A DNA stretch of 64,000 bases from a virus. Within the stretch, counting starts at the first letter, position 1, and each line of letters begins with the position of its first letter. Location of the stretch: IMG/VR virus record IMGVR_UViG_3300044720_000021, positions 2,896-66,895 of that record. One strand, written 5' to 3'. The notes under the pieces are model-generated. The model saw only the letters and a program-made list of their open reading frames with translations. It was not told where the DNA came from and searched no databases. This document shows positions 19,191 through 29,240 of the stretch, piece by piece. Made by a program: the position numbers and the translations under genes.

Positions 19191-19567
19191 TGGACACTCC
19201 GTGGTCACGCGCAAACTCGCAAAGAAAATCTGAGAGGCAAGAGCAGAGGATTGCGGCAAAGCCGGGTGGCAAGAAGCAAGTCAACTCGGGCCGGCACTGG
19301 CCGTACAAGCGTGACAACAGGCTAAATGGGTTCCTCGTGGAAGCGAGGACGACCGACGCGGGCAGCTACCGCATCTCGAAAGAGGAGTATGAAAAGCTGA
19401 TCAACGACGCGATCTTGACCCCGCCAGGGCTCCTGCCTGGGATGGCCGTGGATCTCGGTGGGCTTGAGCTTTTCATCATTCGACAAGACGATCACGACTA
19501 CCGCGAGAAGCTGATCGGGGATCTGATCGATGAAGTGAAAACACTGAAGGAGAAGGGTGGAAGCTGA
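19190..19567 (+). CDS. PD-(D/E)XK Holliday junction resolvase-like nuclease
   Basis: SERQEQRIA..QVNSG..D..FLVEARTT pattern. Confidence 0.65.
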   Translation: MDTPWSRANSQRKSERQEQRIAAKPGGKKQVNSGRHWPYKRDNRLNGFLVEARTTDAGSYRISKEEYEKLINDAILTPPGLLPGMAVDLGGLELFIIRQDDHDYREKLIGDLIDEVKTLKEKGGS

Positions 19568-19865
19568 CGTTCTCATGTGCCCGCGATGCGGGAATGCTTA
19601 CGGTACCGAGGAGGCACAGGTGATCCCGGCCATCGCTGCGCTCGGCGGCAATGGCGTGGCGATTCCCGAGCGGTACTTGATTTTCTGTCGCGGGTGTGAC
19701 GTGCCGTTCTACACGCCGACCAAAAGCGCTGAGGAGTTCACTCGCGTCGATGGTGGGTGGGAATGTTCTGAGTGCGGGGAACAGGCACGCGAGCACGCTG
19801 AGGCCAAAATGCCGCATGAGGGTAGCTTCGTCCGGCTCTGCGATGGACGGCTGGCGAAGTTGTAG
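19557..19865 (+). CDS. Zinc-ribbon protein
   Basis: CPRC, CRGC, CSEC. Confidence 0.55.
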   Translation: MEADVLMCPRCGNAYGTEEAQVIPAIAALGGNGVAIPERYLIFCRGCDVPFYTPTKSAEEFTRVDGGWECSECGEQAREHAEAKMPHEGSFVRLCDGRLAKL

Positions 19866-20845
19866 TGGCGCGCACGGCGCTTGAAAAGAGAATCGTGGAG
19901 GAGCGCCGCGCAAAGGGCGTCCTCGTGCCGCTGCTCGAAATGCTGCTAGAGCAGTACCAGTGCGTCGAGGACGAGGAAGATCAGTGGTTCATGATCGAGC
20001 TCATGAAGGCCCGCGCAAAGGAGCGGGAGAAGGGTGTCTTTTCACCTTCGATGCTTTCCTCGTGTCTGCGTCAGTCTTACTTCGCAAAGACACAGGTGGA
20101 GAAGCGGTTGCCGGCGATGCCGCGCACGAACGGCTACTTCGTGGACGGGGATTTTCGTCACTACAAGTGGCAGTTCCTTCTCTGGAAGCTGCACCGCGCC
20201 GGCAAGCTGATACTGCTCGGTTGCGAAGTCCGCGTCTATCACCCGAACGGCGACTTCGCTGGCACGATCGACGCGCTCGTGGAGATCGACGGCAAGCTGT
20301 ACGTCGTGGACTTCAAGGGCATGAACGTCTCAGATTTTCAGAAGCTAGAGAGATACGGTACGCAGGTGAAGCACCGTGTTCAGATTGTGGGCTACGGATT
20401 GATTCTCGAACTCTCGCAGACCGCTGAGGGGTTCATGGGCACGTTCCTTGGTCTGAAAATCGAGGGCTGTCTGCTCGTCGGTGAGAACAAGGGAGGCCCG
20501 TCGCAGTCGGGCTCGCCGCTCGGGTTGCACGAGGACTTTGTTCCGATCCCAAGATACAAGAGCGAAGTGAAAAGACTGATGCACAAATTGAGGAGGTACG
20601 TCGATGCCGAGGAAATCCCCGAGCCCGCCTGCACGAGCACGCGGATCAAGCAGTACCAAGAGTGCCCATTCAAGTACCGCTGCCGGGAGGAAGTCGAACG
20701 CATCCAGCGGGAGCGTGAAGGAACTGAAAATCGCAACTCCTCGGGGCCAAAAGTTGCAGTTTCTACGCGATCTACAACTGATCGTGCCGAGCGATCTGCC
20801 AGCGGACGAAAGACGCGTGCCGCTCGACCTGACGGGGACGAGTAG
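19865..20845 (+). CDS. Cas4-like/RecB-family exonuclease
   Basis: SPSMLSSCLRQ; GTIDALV..VVDFKG; three C-terminal Cys (Fe-S type arrangement). Confidence 0.75.
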   Translation: MARTALEKRIVEERRAKGVLVPLLEMLLEQYQCVEDEEDQWFMIELMKARAKEREKGVFSPSMLSSCLRQSYFAKTQVEKRLPAMPRTNGYFVDGDFRHYKWQFLLWKLHRAGKLILLGCEVRVYHPNGDFAGTIDALVEIDGKLYVVDFKGMNVSDFQKLERYGTQVKHRVQIVGYGLILELSQTAEGFMGTFLGLKIEGCLLVGENKGGPSQSGSPLGLHEDFVPIPRYKSEVKRLMHKLRRYVDAEEIPEPACTSTRIKQYQECPFKYRCREEVERIQREREGTENRNSSGPKVAVSTRSTTDRAERSASGRKTRAARPDGDE

Positions 20846-21194
20846 CGCAGCCGTAGGACACATTCACAACGAATTTTCAGTACGCCTCGGGTATGCGATC
20901 ACTAACGCCTCGATCTTCGAGGGCCACCTGATCGAGTTGCGCCGCGCGAGCAAGCTATTGCGCGCGAACTACACGCTGCACCATCAGGGATCCGGTGACA
21001 AGAAGTACGAACTCGATGCGGCCATGATGACCGACAAGGACATCAAGGAGGTCGAGGACGAGATCGCGTTGGAGGAGATGAAGCTGACGATCTTGAACGG
21101 GGTCATTGGCGGCTACATGAAAATCGTTGAGGGCGCTAGCCGTGAGATCAGCCGGCGCGAGAACGAGGGGAAACGTGGTGGGGGCTACGTTTGA
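20715..21194 (+). CDS. Helical recombination accessory protein (UvsY-like by position and pattern)
   Basis: Coiled-coil C-terminus; near recA; start uncertain, overlaps exonuclease 3' end. Confidence 0.35.
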   Translation: MKELKIATPRGQKLQFLRDLQLIVPSDLPADERRVPLDLTGTSSAAVGHIHNEFSVRLGYAITNASIFEGHLIELRRASKLLRANYTLHHQGSGDKKYELDAAMMTDKDIKEVEDEIALEEMKLTILNGVIGGYMKIVEGASREISRRENEGKRGGGYV

Positions 21195-21219
21195 CATAAA
21201 TCCACCTAGGGTGTAGACT
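21191..21219 (+). promoter_or_regulatory. SigA-type promoter with conserved spacer element
   Basis: TTGACA-TAAATCCACCTAGGGTG-TAGACT. Confidence 0.8.
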
Positions 21220-21253
21220 TCCCTGGAATCGTCACTGACAGGGGAGGTAACTG

Positions 21254-21418
21254 ATGCTCGAACCGATCGTGAACGCGGATCCCGGCGACGAGATAGACGT
21301 GAACAAGGATTGCACCGCGAGTCCCAAGTGCTTCGGCTGTGACGGACGCGAGGGATGCACACACGTCGAAGTCATCCATCTGTCGCTCGACAATTACATG
21401 AGCAACGGGGGTCGCTGA
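21254..21418 (+). CDS. Small Cys-containing protein (not in ORF track)
   Basis: GGGGAGG RBS; CTASPKCFGC..C. Confidence 0.5.
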   Translation: MLEPIVNADPGDEIDVNKDCTASPKCFGCDGREGCTHVEVIHLSLDNYMSNGGR

Positions 21419-21753
21419 TGGCGTCCGCGAAAGAACGCAAGGAACGTCAGCCCGAGCCCGAGGCAAAGCCGGGTCGATCAGGGAGGGTGAAGATCTACAC
21501 CATCAGAGGCACCAAGGGTGAAAAGCAGAAGCGACAAGCCATCAACAAGGCGTTCCTTCCTGCGATGGGCAAGAGTGAAGGACTGTCGGCAGAGGCTCGC
21601 TTCGACATGCTGAAGCCCAGGGAGGTACACCCCTTGGAATGGTTCCGGCTTTTCACTCCGAACGAGGAACTGTGGGAGGCGATTCGCGAGGAGGCAATCG
21701 CAGCAGTCCAGAGCGGGGAGATGGAAAAGTACGATGGCCCGGTGGGACGGTAG
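21418..21753 (+). CDS. Hypothetical protein
   Basis: TGATG coupling. Confidence 0.55.
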   Translation: MASAKERKERQPEPEAKPGRSGRVKIYTIRGTKGEKQKRQAINKAFLPAMGKSEGLSAEARFDMLKPREVHPLEWFRLFTPNEELWEAIREEAIAAVQSGEMEKYDGPVGR

Positions 21754-22522
21754 CTTCCTCGTCCATGCGACGGTCAACCTCACCCTTCAGCGCACGCTGC
21801 ACGAGGAGTCAGACGACGTGCTGATCAACTTCGACGCCTACGTGCCGGCGCTCAATCACGGGCTCCGTGAAATCCTGGACGACGGCCCGATCTACATGCA
21901 CATGCCCGCAACGCCACCGCTATGCGCATCCTGCCGAGAGGAGACTGAAAAATGATCATCTCTGAAAAGACAATGGATCTAGGTGAGGGTCGTTCTGTGA
22001 CGCTCGCTTTGCACGAAGGAGGAGTTTTCACTATCGCGCTTGAGGATCCCATCTCGGTAGCTGTTACCGAGATCAGCCGCGAGCTCTTGCAGGAGTTCAT
22101 CGACACAGGAAGTCTGATGCTCGATGCCGCGTAAGACCGCCATCCAGAACGACGCAAACGTAGTGGAGGCGCTAGGGGAGTGGAAGGCGCTGACTGAGGT
22201 TCGGTACGAGCTCGCAAAGGAGGCATACGATTTTCAGGACGACGAGACGAAGGCTCTCCTCGACCGGATCGTGAATCGTCTCCGTGTCGGCGCGAGCGGG
22301 TACATCACCGTTCGAGTCAACGGCAAGCACGGATCCACGGTGCCCGTCAAGATCGAGCAGCAGTACCTCGACTTCAATCTCCTCTACGTGGCAACTGAAA
22401 TTCTGAAGGATCTTGCCCTGTTCGACATCAGAGTCGGCACCTACGAGATCCCGCCGTCGCACTGCGTTCTCTGTGCGGCCGAGATCGTCAAGGAACAGCC
22501 GAAGAAGCGGAGGCGCGTATGA
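21734..22522 (+). CDS. Three small hypothetical genes (21734-21955, 21952-22134, 22124-22522)
   Basis: Overlapping starts/stops; CxxC motifs in first and third. Confidence 0.5.
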
Positions 22523-22646
22523 GATTGTCATTCATTACTTGTGCGTCTACGGTCGGGTTCGCCTACCTGATCAACGGCTGGCCCGCAGTTGCCGGTTGGT
22601 GCATCGGCGCGCTTGCCGGCTTCTGCTTCTGCGCGAGGATGGTCTG

Positions 22647-23123
22647 ATGCGAAAGGGAATGAAAACCTCAACTGTCCTCGTGGCCACGCCGCCTTCGGTG
22701 TGGGCTCCCGCATTCAAGTGGCTCGAAAAGTGGACGCTCGATACCACGCAGTCCGTTCACGGTTCGACAGTTCGTTGCAAGCTGTGTGAACTTTTCATCC
22801 CGTTCAACCCAACGGCGCGCGAGGCTCACTTGCACACGCACGTCGAAGAACTGTGGGCGTTCACCGGCAAGACCATCACGGGTGCTGACTTCTTCGACGT
22901 GCCGGACGCGGAGCTCAGGCAACTCCTCTACGACACGCTGATGAAAACACATGACGCACTGGATGATCGTCTTGTTCACCTGAAGGGGCTCGAACGTTCC
23001 CGCGAGCTCAAACTGGTCGCGAACGAGTTGATCGGTGAGATGAAAAACGCACACGTCAAGATCGGAGAGCACGAGTTCGACGCGCCGATGTGTGCCGGCT
23101 GCATTGCGGAGATCGCTGCATGA
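22647..23123 (+). CDS. Zinc-finger protein
   Basis: CKLC..HLHTH (C2H2-like) and CAGC. Confidence 0.55.
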   Translation: MRKGMKTSTVLVATPPSVWAPAFKWLEKWTLDTTQSVHGSTVRCKLCELFIPFNPTAREAHLHTHVEELWAFTGKTITGADFFDVPDAELRQLLYDTLMKTHDALDDRLVHLKGLERSRELKLVANELIGEMKNAHVKIGEHEFDAPMCAGCIAEIAA

Positions 23124-23481
23124 CTGAGGAGCGCATCTGTCCGACGTGTTTGCGGCCATATAAGCCGAACGATCAAGACAGACGTGTGTGCGCCAAATGC
23201 GGCAATCCCATCCTCAAGCATGACAAATACCGCTTTGTGAAAAGCGCGGTGGAGCATCGTAATTGCGACAACCCAACGGCCTATCACTGATGTCACGTTT
23301 GACGCTCAAGCAGAAGAAGGCGTTGATCAAGCCGTGGCGCGCGAAGTTCGACGGGACGTGCCCGGACTGCAAGAGCAAGATCAATGCCGACCGTGATCTC
23401 GTTTGCCGTCTCAACGGCAGGGTGATCCACTACGTCTGTCATCCCGATTGGTTTCCTGCGCCGATGCCGAACCTGTCATGA
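23120..23481 (+). CDS. Two small zinc-binding proteins (23120-23290, 23290-23481)
   Basis: CPTC..CAKC..HRNC; CPDC..H..C. Confidence 0.5.
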
Positions 23482-23496
23482 AAAGATTGGATTACT

Positions 23497-24048
23497 GTGG
23501 CTCGTAAATTCAACGGAAAGAATTTCACCTACGCAGGTATTGGCTCGCGAGAGACGCCACAGGACGTGCTCGATGGCATGGAGGCCATTGCCTACACGCT
23601 TGCCGCAGGATGGAACCTTCGATCGGGCGCGGCTGACGGTGCTGATTCGGCGTTCGAGCGTGGTGCAGAACACGGGGGTGCAGGGCACGCCACCGAGCTC
23701 TATCTTCCCTGGCCTGGGTACAACGATCGCAAGGAAGCAACTCTGCATCATCCCACGCCCGAGGCATATCTATTGTCCTCTGATTTTCACCCTGCGTGGC
23801 CGCATCTGAGCAGAGGGGCCAAGTCTTTGCACGCCCGCAATGCGCACATCATTCTCGGGGCGGATCTCGACGCGCCGGCTCGCTTCGTTCTGTGCTGGAC
23901 GCCGCGCGCCAAAGGGGGAGGGGGTACCGGGCAGGGCATTCGAATCGCACGCCATTACAAGGTGCCAGTCTACGACTTGGCTGATGAAAAGATTCGAGAA
24001 CGTGTCCTCTCGACTACGAATTTCATGAGGACTCTCGGTGGCTCGTAA
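23497..24048 (+). CDS. SLOG-fold DprA/Smf-like protein
   Basis: YAGIGSRETP, LRSGAADGADSAFE, GGTGQGIRIA. Confidence 0.8.
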   Translation: MARKFNGKNFTYAGIGSRETPQDVLDGMEAIAYTLAAGWNLRSGAADGADSAFERGAEHGGAGHATELYLPWPGYNDRKEATLHHPTPEAYLLSSDFHPAWPHLSRGAKSLHARNAHIILGADLDAPARFVLCWTPRAKGGGGTGQGIRIARHYKVPVYDLADEKIRERVLSTTNFMRTLGGS

Positions 24049-24718
24049 ATTCCCGTCCAAGAAGAAGGCGACTGGCGCTCGCAAGAACCCGGCCTGGGGG
24101 GTCATCGGCGTGGACTTGTCGATGACAAGCATCTCGGGTGCGATGATTTTGCACGATGAAATGCTTGGCAAGGTGAAGGGGCCGTCGCTTCATTGCGTCC
24201 GTTGGACGAGAGACGTTCATTGGTTCGAGCGCATGGCCGCAGTGAGTCGCGCTGAAAATTTTATTCACGACCTGATGTCAGGGATCCCTGGGTGCGTGGT
24301 CGAATTGGATCGGCTTTTCATTGGGGTTGAGGAGCCCTGGCCTTTGGGGATGGTAAAGCGAATGGAAAGCGGTTGGCTAAAGCAGCAGTCGCAGATCCAC
24401 GGCGCATTCATGGGCGGACTTCTGCGCTACGGCTACCGGAACATCTTCGAGGTCAACAACATGGCGTGGAAGTCGCCCGTCGCTCGCGACCTAGGAGTGA
24501 AAATCACCAAGGATTTCAAGTGGCGAGTGCCGGCGTGGGCGATAGAGGCATACGGGGTGCCTGAGTACCCCGATCTGATTGAGAGCTCCAAGGGGCTCGT
24601 TCCACGGCCAGAGGAGAGCCGTGCGAAGGCCAAGCAGCCCGACGATCGCTACGACGCGCTCGGGATCATGAATTGGATGGAGAACGAGATCCTGTCCGGC
24701 TCCGTAGTGATGCTTTGA
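24038..24718 (+). CDS. ruvC: RuvC-like Holliday junction resolvase
   Basis: VIGVDLS, IGVEE, DDRYDALGI RNase H-fold acidic motifs. Confidence 0.7.
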   Translation: MARKFPSKKKATGARKNPAWGVIGVDLSMTSISGAMILHDEMLGKVKGPSLHCVRWTRDVHWFERMAAVSRAENFIHDLMSGIPGCVVELDRLFIGVEEPWPLGMVKRMESGWLKQQSQIHGAFMGGLLRYGYRNIFEVNNMAWKSPVARDLGVKITKDFKWRVPAWAIEAYGVPEYPDLIESSKGLVPRPEESRAKAKQPDDRYDALGIMNWMENEILSGSVVML

Positions 24719-24743
24719 CAAAAATCCACCCTGGGTATAGGAT
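24715..24743 (+). promoter_or_regulatory. SigA-type promoter with conserved spacer element
   Basis: TTGACA-AAAATCCACCCTGGGTA-TAGGAT. Confidence 0.8.
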
Positions 24744-24775
24744 CAACTCCGAAACGTCGAGAGAGGGAGGTAGCT

Positions 24776-25518
24776 ATGCTGAAAATCCCGAAGATCAAGG
24801 CGCTCGATCTGCGAACTGGTTTTCACCGGATGGATCCGACGCGCAGCTTCTTCGAACCGGACGACTGGTTCCAGACGCGCAGGTATTTCGGTCGGTTCGG
24901 AGTAGGTGGCCCTGTCGTCTCTGTTCAAGTGTCTGCCGCTGACATTGAGTGGGGCTGGCCTGTGGTGCCGGCGTGTGCCGGGGGGCCGGTGCTTGTGAAT
25001 TTGGCGCACGCAAGGCAACACGCTGTTGCCCTTTTGAGAGGGCTCGATGTCCGAGGTTAGGCAGCGCACCGTCCGGCTTCATGCTGTCCGCAAGGGTGAC
25101 GAATTTCACCACGATCACAAGTGGTGGATTGTCAAGCAACACAATGTTCCACCCGGCGCGAAGTTCTCAGGGCTCGACAAGGATGGGAACAAGCGCGAGG
25201 ATATCGTGCCCTCGTTCAGTTTGGAGCGCTCGTGTGCCATCTGGATCTCGCGCGGTCGTTTCAGCACTGTTGTTTTTGGCCCGAAGATCCAAGTGGTGAA
25301 AATCATCAGGAGGAATCATGGGAAATAGAGGACATTTCATCTTCCGTCGATTCAAGGTTCGCTCTGCCAATCCCGAGGAGCATGAAAAGGTGGGCCAGTG
25401 TTTCAAAGAGACGATGTGGGGACGCGGCAACGTGCGATGGGTTTGGCTTCGCTTCGAGGACGGAAGTGAAAAGGCGTTCGCGCCATCGCATCTGACGCCG
25501 GCAGGGGTAAAGCGATGA
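24776..25518 (+). CDS. Three small hypothetical genes (24776-25060, 25047-25328, 25318-25518)
   Basis: AGGGAGGTAG RBS at first; overlapping junctions. Confidence 0.5.
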
Positions 25519-25522
25519 TCAA

Positions 25523-27058
25523 TTGGCTTCGCGATACCTTCGAGGTTCCGAACTGGTTGGGCCTTCTGCTTGTCATCCAGATTGTCTTGAAGGTGGTCGA
25601 TCTACTGACGTGAAAGTTTCGTCGGACATTCTGCTTGGCCCGAGCGAGCTCACGCCGATCGAGTTGCGTCAGCTTTTCAAGAAGCTGGCATTCCTCGACG
25701 GCGAGCAGAATGAGGTCAAGCCGTACCGCGTAGAGCGAGGGGGTCAAATCAGACTCCCTCGTGGTGCGTGGGCGCTCCTGCCTGATCATGTGCGCTACCA
25801 CGATGACAGGATCCGGCCGATCCGTCTCGACGCGCTTGGCTTTGACCTAGAGCTAGACGCTGAAGGCTTTTCAGGTCAGAAGGCGGCGCTCGAAGCGATC
25901 ATGCAAGAGGAGCAGGGGCTCGTTATTGCGCAACCGGGATTCGGCAAGACAGCGGTGGCGCTCGCAGCTTTTCATGAATCTCAAACGACGGCGCTTGTGC
26001 TGGTTCACACTGAGGATATTTTCAATCAGTGGGTCGGGTACATCAAGAGGTACATGCCCGACGCCGACGTGGGGACGATCCAGGGCTCGCAGTGGCGGCT
26101 TGGAGACATCACCGTGGGGATGGTGCAGACCATCACTCGGCAGATGACACGCTACCGTCGTCTTGCGCACAGGTTCGGCATGGTGATTGTGGACGAGACG
26201 CATCATGCGCCGGCTGAATCGTGGGAGAAAATCCTGAACGAAACACCCGCGCATTATCGGCTCGGGTTCACTGCGACTGAGAGTCGTGCCGATGGGATGC
26301 ATCCGTTGATGCGTCATCTGATTGGCCCGGTGATTTTCAAGCAGGCGTTTGAACTGAAGGTGCCGACCAAGATCATCCCACTGAAAAGCGGATTCCAGTT
26401 CACCTATCGTGGACGCTACGATTGGGGACGCCTACAGGACGCGCTGATCAAGAATGACGATCGCAATGCGCTGATTGCAAAGACGATCGCGCGACAGATG
26501 AAAAAGGGTCACTCATGCCTTGTGCTCTCCCGCAGGATCGAGCACCTAGAGCAGATCCACGAGCATCTGCGGCTCGCGCTCGATTTTGACGAGGGATGGA
26601 TCCAACTTGTGACGACGCTGACCGGGCAGGTGCCCAAGCCGCGCCGACTGAAAATGCTGAAAGACTTTCGTGCCGGCGAGATCAAGTGCATCCTTGCAAC
26701 GCAGCTAGCGGACGAAGCGCTCGACGTGCCGATCCTCTCTCGCGTGTTCCTCACCTACCCCGGCAAGCACGACGGTCGGATCATTCAACAGGTAGGCCGA
26801 GCTCTGCGCGAGCACGATGAAAAGAACGACGCTCTGATCTTCGATGTGGTGGATGACAGGATCGGCCCATTGCGTCGGCAGTGGATGGAGCGGAAGCAGA
26901 CCTATGGCAAGTTGGGAATCAAGATTGTCAGGAAACCGAACGAGGAGGACAACTATGTCTCTAGTGCAGCAAGACGACGGGTCGTTTCAGATCGAATCCG
27001 CAAGCGACTACGAACACGCATGGGAAGTGCTCGCAACGCTGGAAGAAAGCGTCCGTGA
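25523..27058 (+). CDS. SF2 DNA helicase (UvsW/XPB-like)
   Basis: AQPGFGKT, IVDETHH, GFTAT, QQVGRALR. Confidence 0.9.
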   Translation: MASRYLRGSELVGPSACHPDCLEGGRSTDVKVSSDILLGPSELTPIELRQLFKKLAFLDGEQNEVKPYRVERGGQIRLPRGAWALLPDHVRYHDDRIRPIRLDALGFDLELDAEGFSGQKAALEAIMQEEQGLVIAQPGFGKTAVALAAFHESQTTALVLVHTEDIFNQWVGYIKRYMPDADVGTIQGSQWRLGDITVGMVQTITRQMTRYRRLAHRFGMVIVDETHHAPAESWEKILNETPAHYRLGFTATESRADGMHPLMRHLIGPVIFKQAFELKVPTKIIPLKSGFQFTYRGRYDWGRLQDALIKNDDRNALIAKTIARQMKKGHSCLVLSRRIEHLEQIHEHLRLALDFDEGWIQLVTTLTGQVPKPRRLKMLKDFRAGEIKCILATQLADEALDVPILSRVFLTYPGKHDGRIIQQVGRALREHDEKNDALIFDVVDDRIGPLRRQWMERKQTYGKLGIKIVRKPNEEDNYVSSAARRRVVSDRIRKRLRTRMGSARNAGRKRP

Positions 27059-27452
27059 GATCGAGGCGCTGTTGGAGGAGGAGTACGACTGGCTGACAAT
27101 CCAGCGAGACATCGACCAACTGAAAGCTGCGCTGGCTTCGTTCATGACGCGCAACGATGTCGCCAAGCAGATCACAGACGAGGGCCACTGGTCGTTGATT
27201 CGGCGCACGCGCGGAAGGTGGGACGAATCCAAGCTGAAGGAAAGGCTTGGCAAGTCGATGTGGCTGAAAATCACCAAGCAGGTTCTCGACACAGAGAAGC
27301 TGGACGACATGGTGCGCAAAGGCGGGATCAAGAAAGAGGAAGTCAAAGGCGCGTACATCGAGACGCCTGAAAAGCCGCACCTTCGTTTCTATGCGAAGGG
27401 CACGAGCAATGAGGACGAGGCGGTTGCACTTAAGGAGGCGATGGGCTCGTGA
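26955..27452 (+). CDS. Helical protein, Gam/Gp157-like
   Basis: GAGGAGG RBS; coiled-coil N-terminus; KQVLDTEKLDDMV. Confidence 0.4.
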   Translation: MSLVQQDDGSFQIESASDYEHAWEVLATLEESVREIEALLEEEYDWLTIQRDIDQLKAALASFMTRNDVAKQITDEGHWSLIRRTRGRWDESKLKERLGKSMWLKITKQVLDTEKLDDMVRKGGIKKEEVKGAYIETPEKPHLRFYAKGTSNEDEAVALKEAMGS

Positions 27453-27614
27453 TTTCATGGTGGGGCAGACTTCGCAACCCAGATCGATTTCGGCTGGACG
27501 TGAAGCGCGTTGTTGTCATCGACGGGCTCGACTTCATCATTCGTGACTTTCATGCGATTGGTGCGTACAGTCAAGACGACTGCGACGAGATCATGGTCAG
27601 GTTCGAGCGGTGGA

Positions 27615-27887
27615 ATGGCTCGTAAGAGCGCAGCCAAGTCACGCCGAGCCCCACAGGTGGCGCATCTGAAGCCGCCCAAGTTCGCGCACTATCTCACGCT
27701 CGGTGAACTGTCAGTGAAAATCGGGAGGGATCCAAGCCGGATCCGCGCCCTCGAACGAGAGGGCCGTTTGCCTGAAGCGAAGCGAGCTCAGGTGGGCAAG
27801 CTGCCTGTCCGGCTCTACTCGCCCGAGCAGGTGGTCGAGATCGAGAGGATTTTCAAAGAGATGCGCCCTGGCCGTCCGCGTGCTTGA
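27615..27887 (+). CDS. MerR/BldC-like helix-turn-helix protein
   Basis: YLTLGELSVKIGRDPSRIRALEREGRLP..RLYSPEQV. Confidence 0.75.
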   Translation: MARKSAAKSRRAPQVAHLKPPKFAHYLTLGELSVKIGRDPSRIRALEREGRLPEAKRAQVGKLPVRLYSPEQVVEIERIFKEMRPGRPRA

Positions 27888-27912
27888 CGAAAACCCACCC
27901 AGGGTGTAGACT
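27884..27912 (+). promoter_or_regulatory. SigA-type promoter with conserved spacer element
   Basis: TTGACG-AAAACCCACCCAGGGTG-TAGACT. Confidence 0.8.
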
Positions 27913-28082
27913 TGGTGAAAATCGAGAGGAGGAAGCATGAGAAAGCACAAGATCGAGTTGACAGAACGGGAACTGCGGGACGTGCTCAACGCGTTCGACT
28001 TCGCGGGTGAGAAGCACGACTTGTGGTTCAAGAGCAAGCGGATTGTCAAGCTGTACGAGAAGCTGAGGGGGCACGGGCTCTG

Positions 28083-28773
28083 ATGGCCGCGAAGGAACCG
28101 ACCGTCAGCGACTACATGGAATTGCACGATCTTGCCAAGTCGCTGATCGACAAGCTGGAAGATGCGAGACTCGACTGGAAGGAAGGCACGTCCGACGAGC
28201 CCGCTATCCGCAATGAAATGAAGGGTTATCGCGGCCGGCTTACTCGGTTGCGTCGGAAGGCGGGGCTCTGATGGAAGCGCGAGAGATGTTCGAGAAGGCG
28301 TCAGAACTGACTGCCACTGCGCCGTTTGGATTCGTTTACGGTCACGATGAAAACGGGCAGGCAGCGCTCGTGCTCGTGGCACGCAGCGATTCTGCTCGAC
28401 AACTTCAGCCTTTCGTCAGTGCTCTTTTCAGGCTGATGGAACGGAGCAAGTGATGGCTACAAACAAGAAGCCCATCACGGAAGTTCAGCGCGCGGAATTT
28501 CAGGCCAACGTCATCGACGTGGTGAATGCGTTCCTCGACTCCGACATCGCGAACCAACTGCATGTCGAATTCACGCAGCATCTTGGGGATGCGCACGGGC
28601 ATAAGCCCAAGGACATCACGACTCATTACGCGGTGGTGAAATTCCCTCACCGGGGATGCAACCACGAGCGCCTTATGCAGATCATCGATCTTGCAACGTT
28701 CCTCGACTGCAAGGTGTCTCTGAGTGAGGACGCTGAGGTTGTCATCTGGCCGGGGAGCGCGCGAGAGTCATGA
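28083..28773 (+). CDS. Three small hypothetical genes (28083-28271, 28271-28453, 28450-28773)
   Basis: TGATG/GTGA coupling. Confidence 0.5.
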
Positions 28774-29168
28774 GAAAAGGCGGCGGGCGCACATGGTCAG
28801 CGACGGTCACGGTTGTTGGTCTGCAATTCCGTTGGAAGGCAGATGGTCGCGAGACGTTGGCTCGCAACGTGCCGATCCCGGTGCTTCTCGAACGAGAGCC
28901 GGCGAACGAGCACGATGAAAACGCGGTCAAGGTGATCATCGCTCAGAACTACAGCCTGAAGGCGCTGAGGGGAATCCACTTGGGCTACCTGCGTCGAGAG
29001 GTTGCGGCGATGATCGCGCCCAAGCTGGACGAGGGGAGCATCGAGCCTGTCGTGCTGCGGGTCACTGCGGTGGATCCGAAGCCGGGAGAGGCGGCGCTCG
29101 AAATGACGTTCCGCGATGTCAAGCTAAAGACGACCGCTGTGAAAAAGGGTCGCAAACAAGCCAAGTGA
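28770..29168 (+). CDS. HIRAN-domain protein
   Basis: VVGLQFR..LEREPANEHDENAVKV..HLGYLRRE. Confidence 0.85.
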   Translation: MRKGGGRTWSATVTVVGLQFRWKADGRETLARNVPIPVLLEREPANEHDENAVKVIIAQNYSLKALRGIHLGYLRREVAAMIAPKLDEGSIEPVVLRVTAVDPKPGEAALEMTFRDVKLKTTAVKKGRKQAK

Positions 29169-29176
29169 CAAGCCAC

Positions 29177-29205
29177 TTGACAATCTGATTGTCAGCGTGT
29201 AGTTT
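29177..29205 (+). promoter_or_regulatory. SigA-type promoter overlaid by a perfect inverted repeat
   Basis: TTGACA-17 nt-TAGTTT with TG extension; TGACAATC-T-GATTGTCA at 29178-29194. Confidence 0.75.
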
Positions 29206-29240
29206 GTCAGTGTCCGAGACGGCGACGAAGGAGGAGAAAG

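Noticed and set aside
19865-20845. Cas4-like gene as evidence of CRISPR
   Set aside because: No repeat-spacer array or other cas genes; solo Cas4-like nucleases are common in phage recombination modules
20715-27058. 100-130 nt gene overlaps (exonuclease with next gene; helicase with 26955 gene)
   Set aside because: Overlapped tails are low-complexity extensions, probably late stops rather than dual coding
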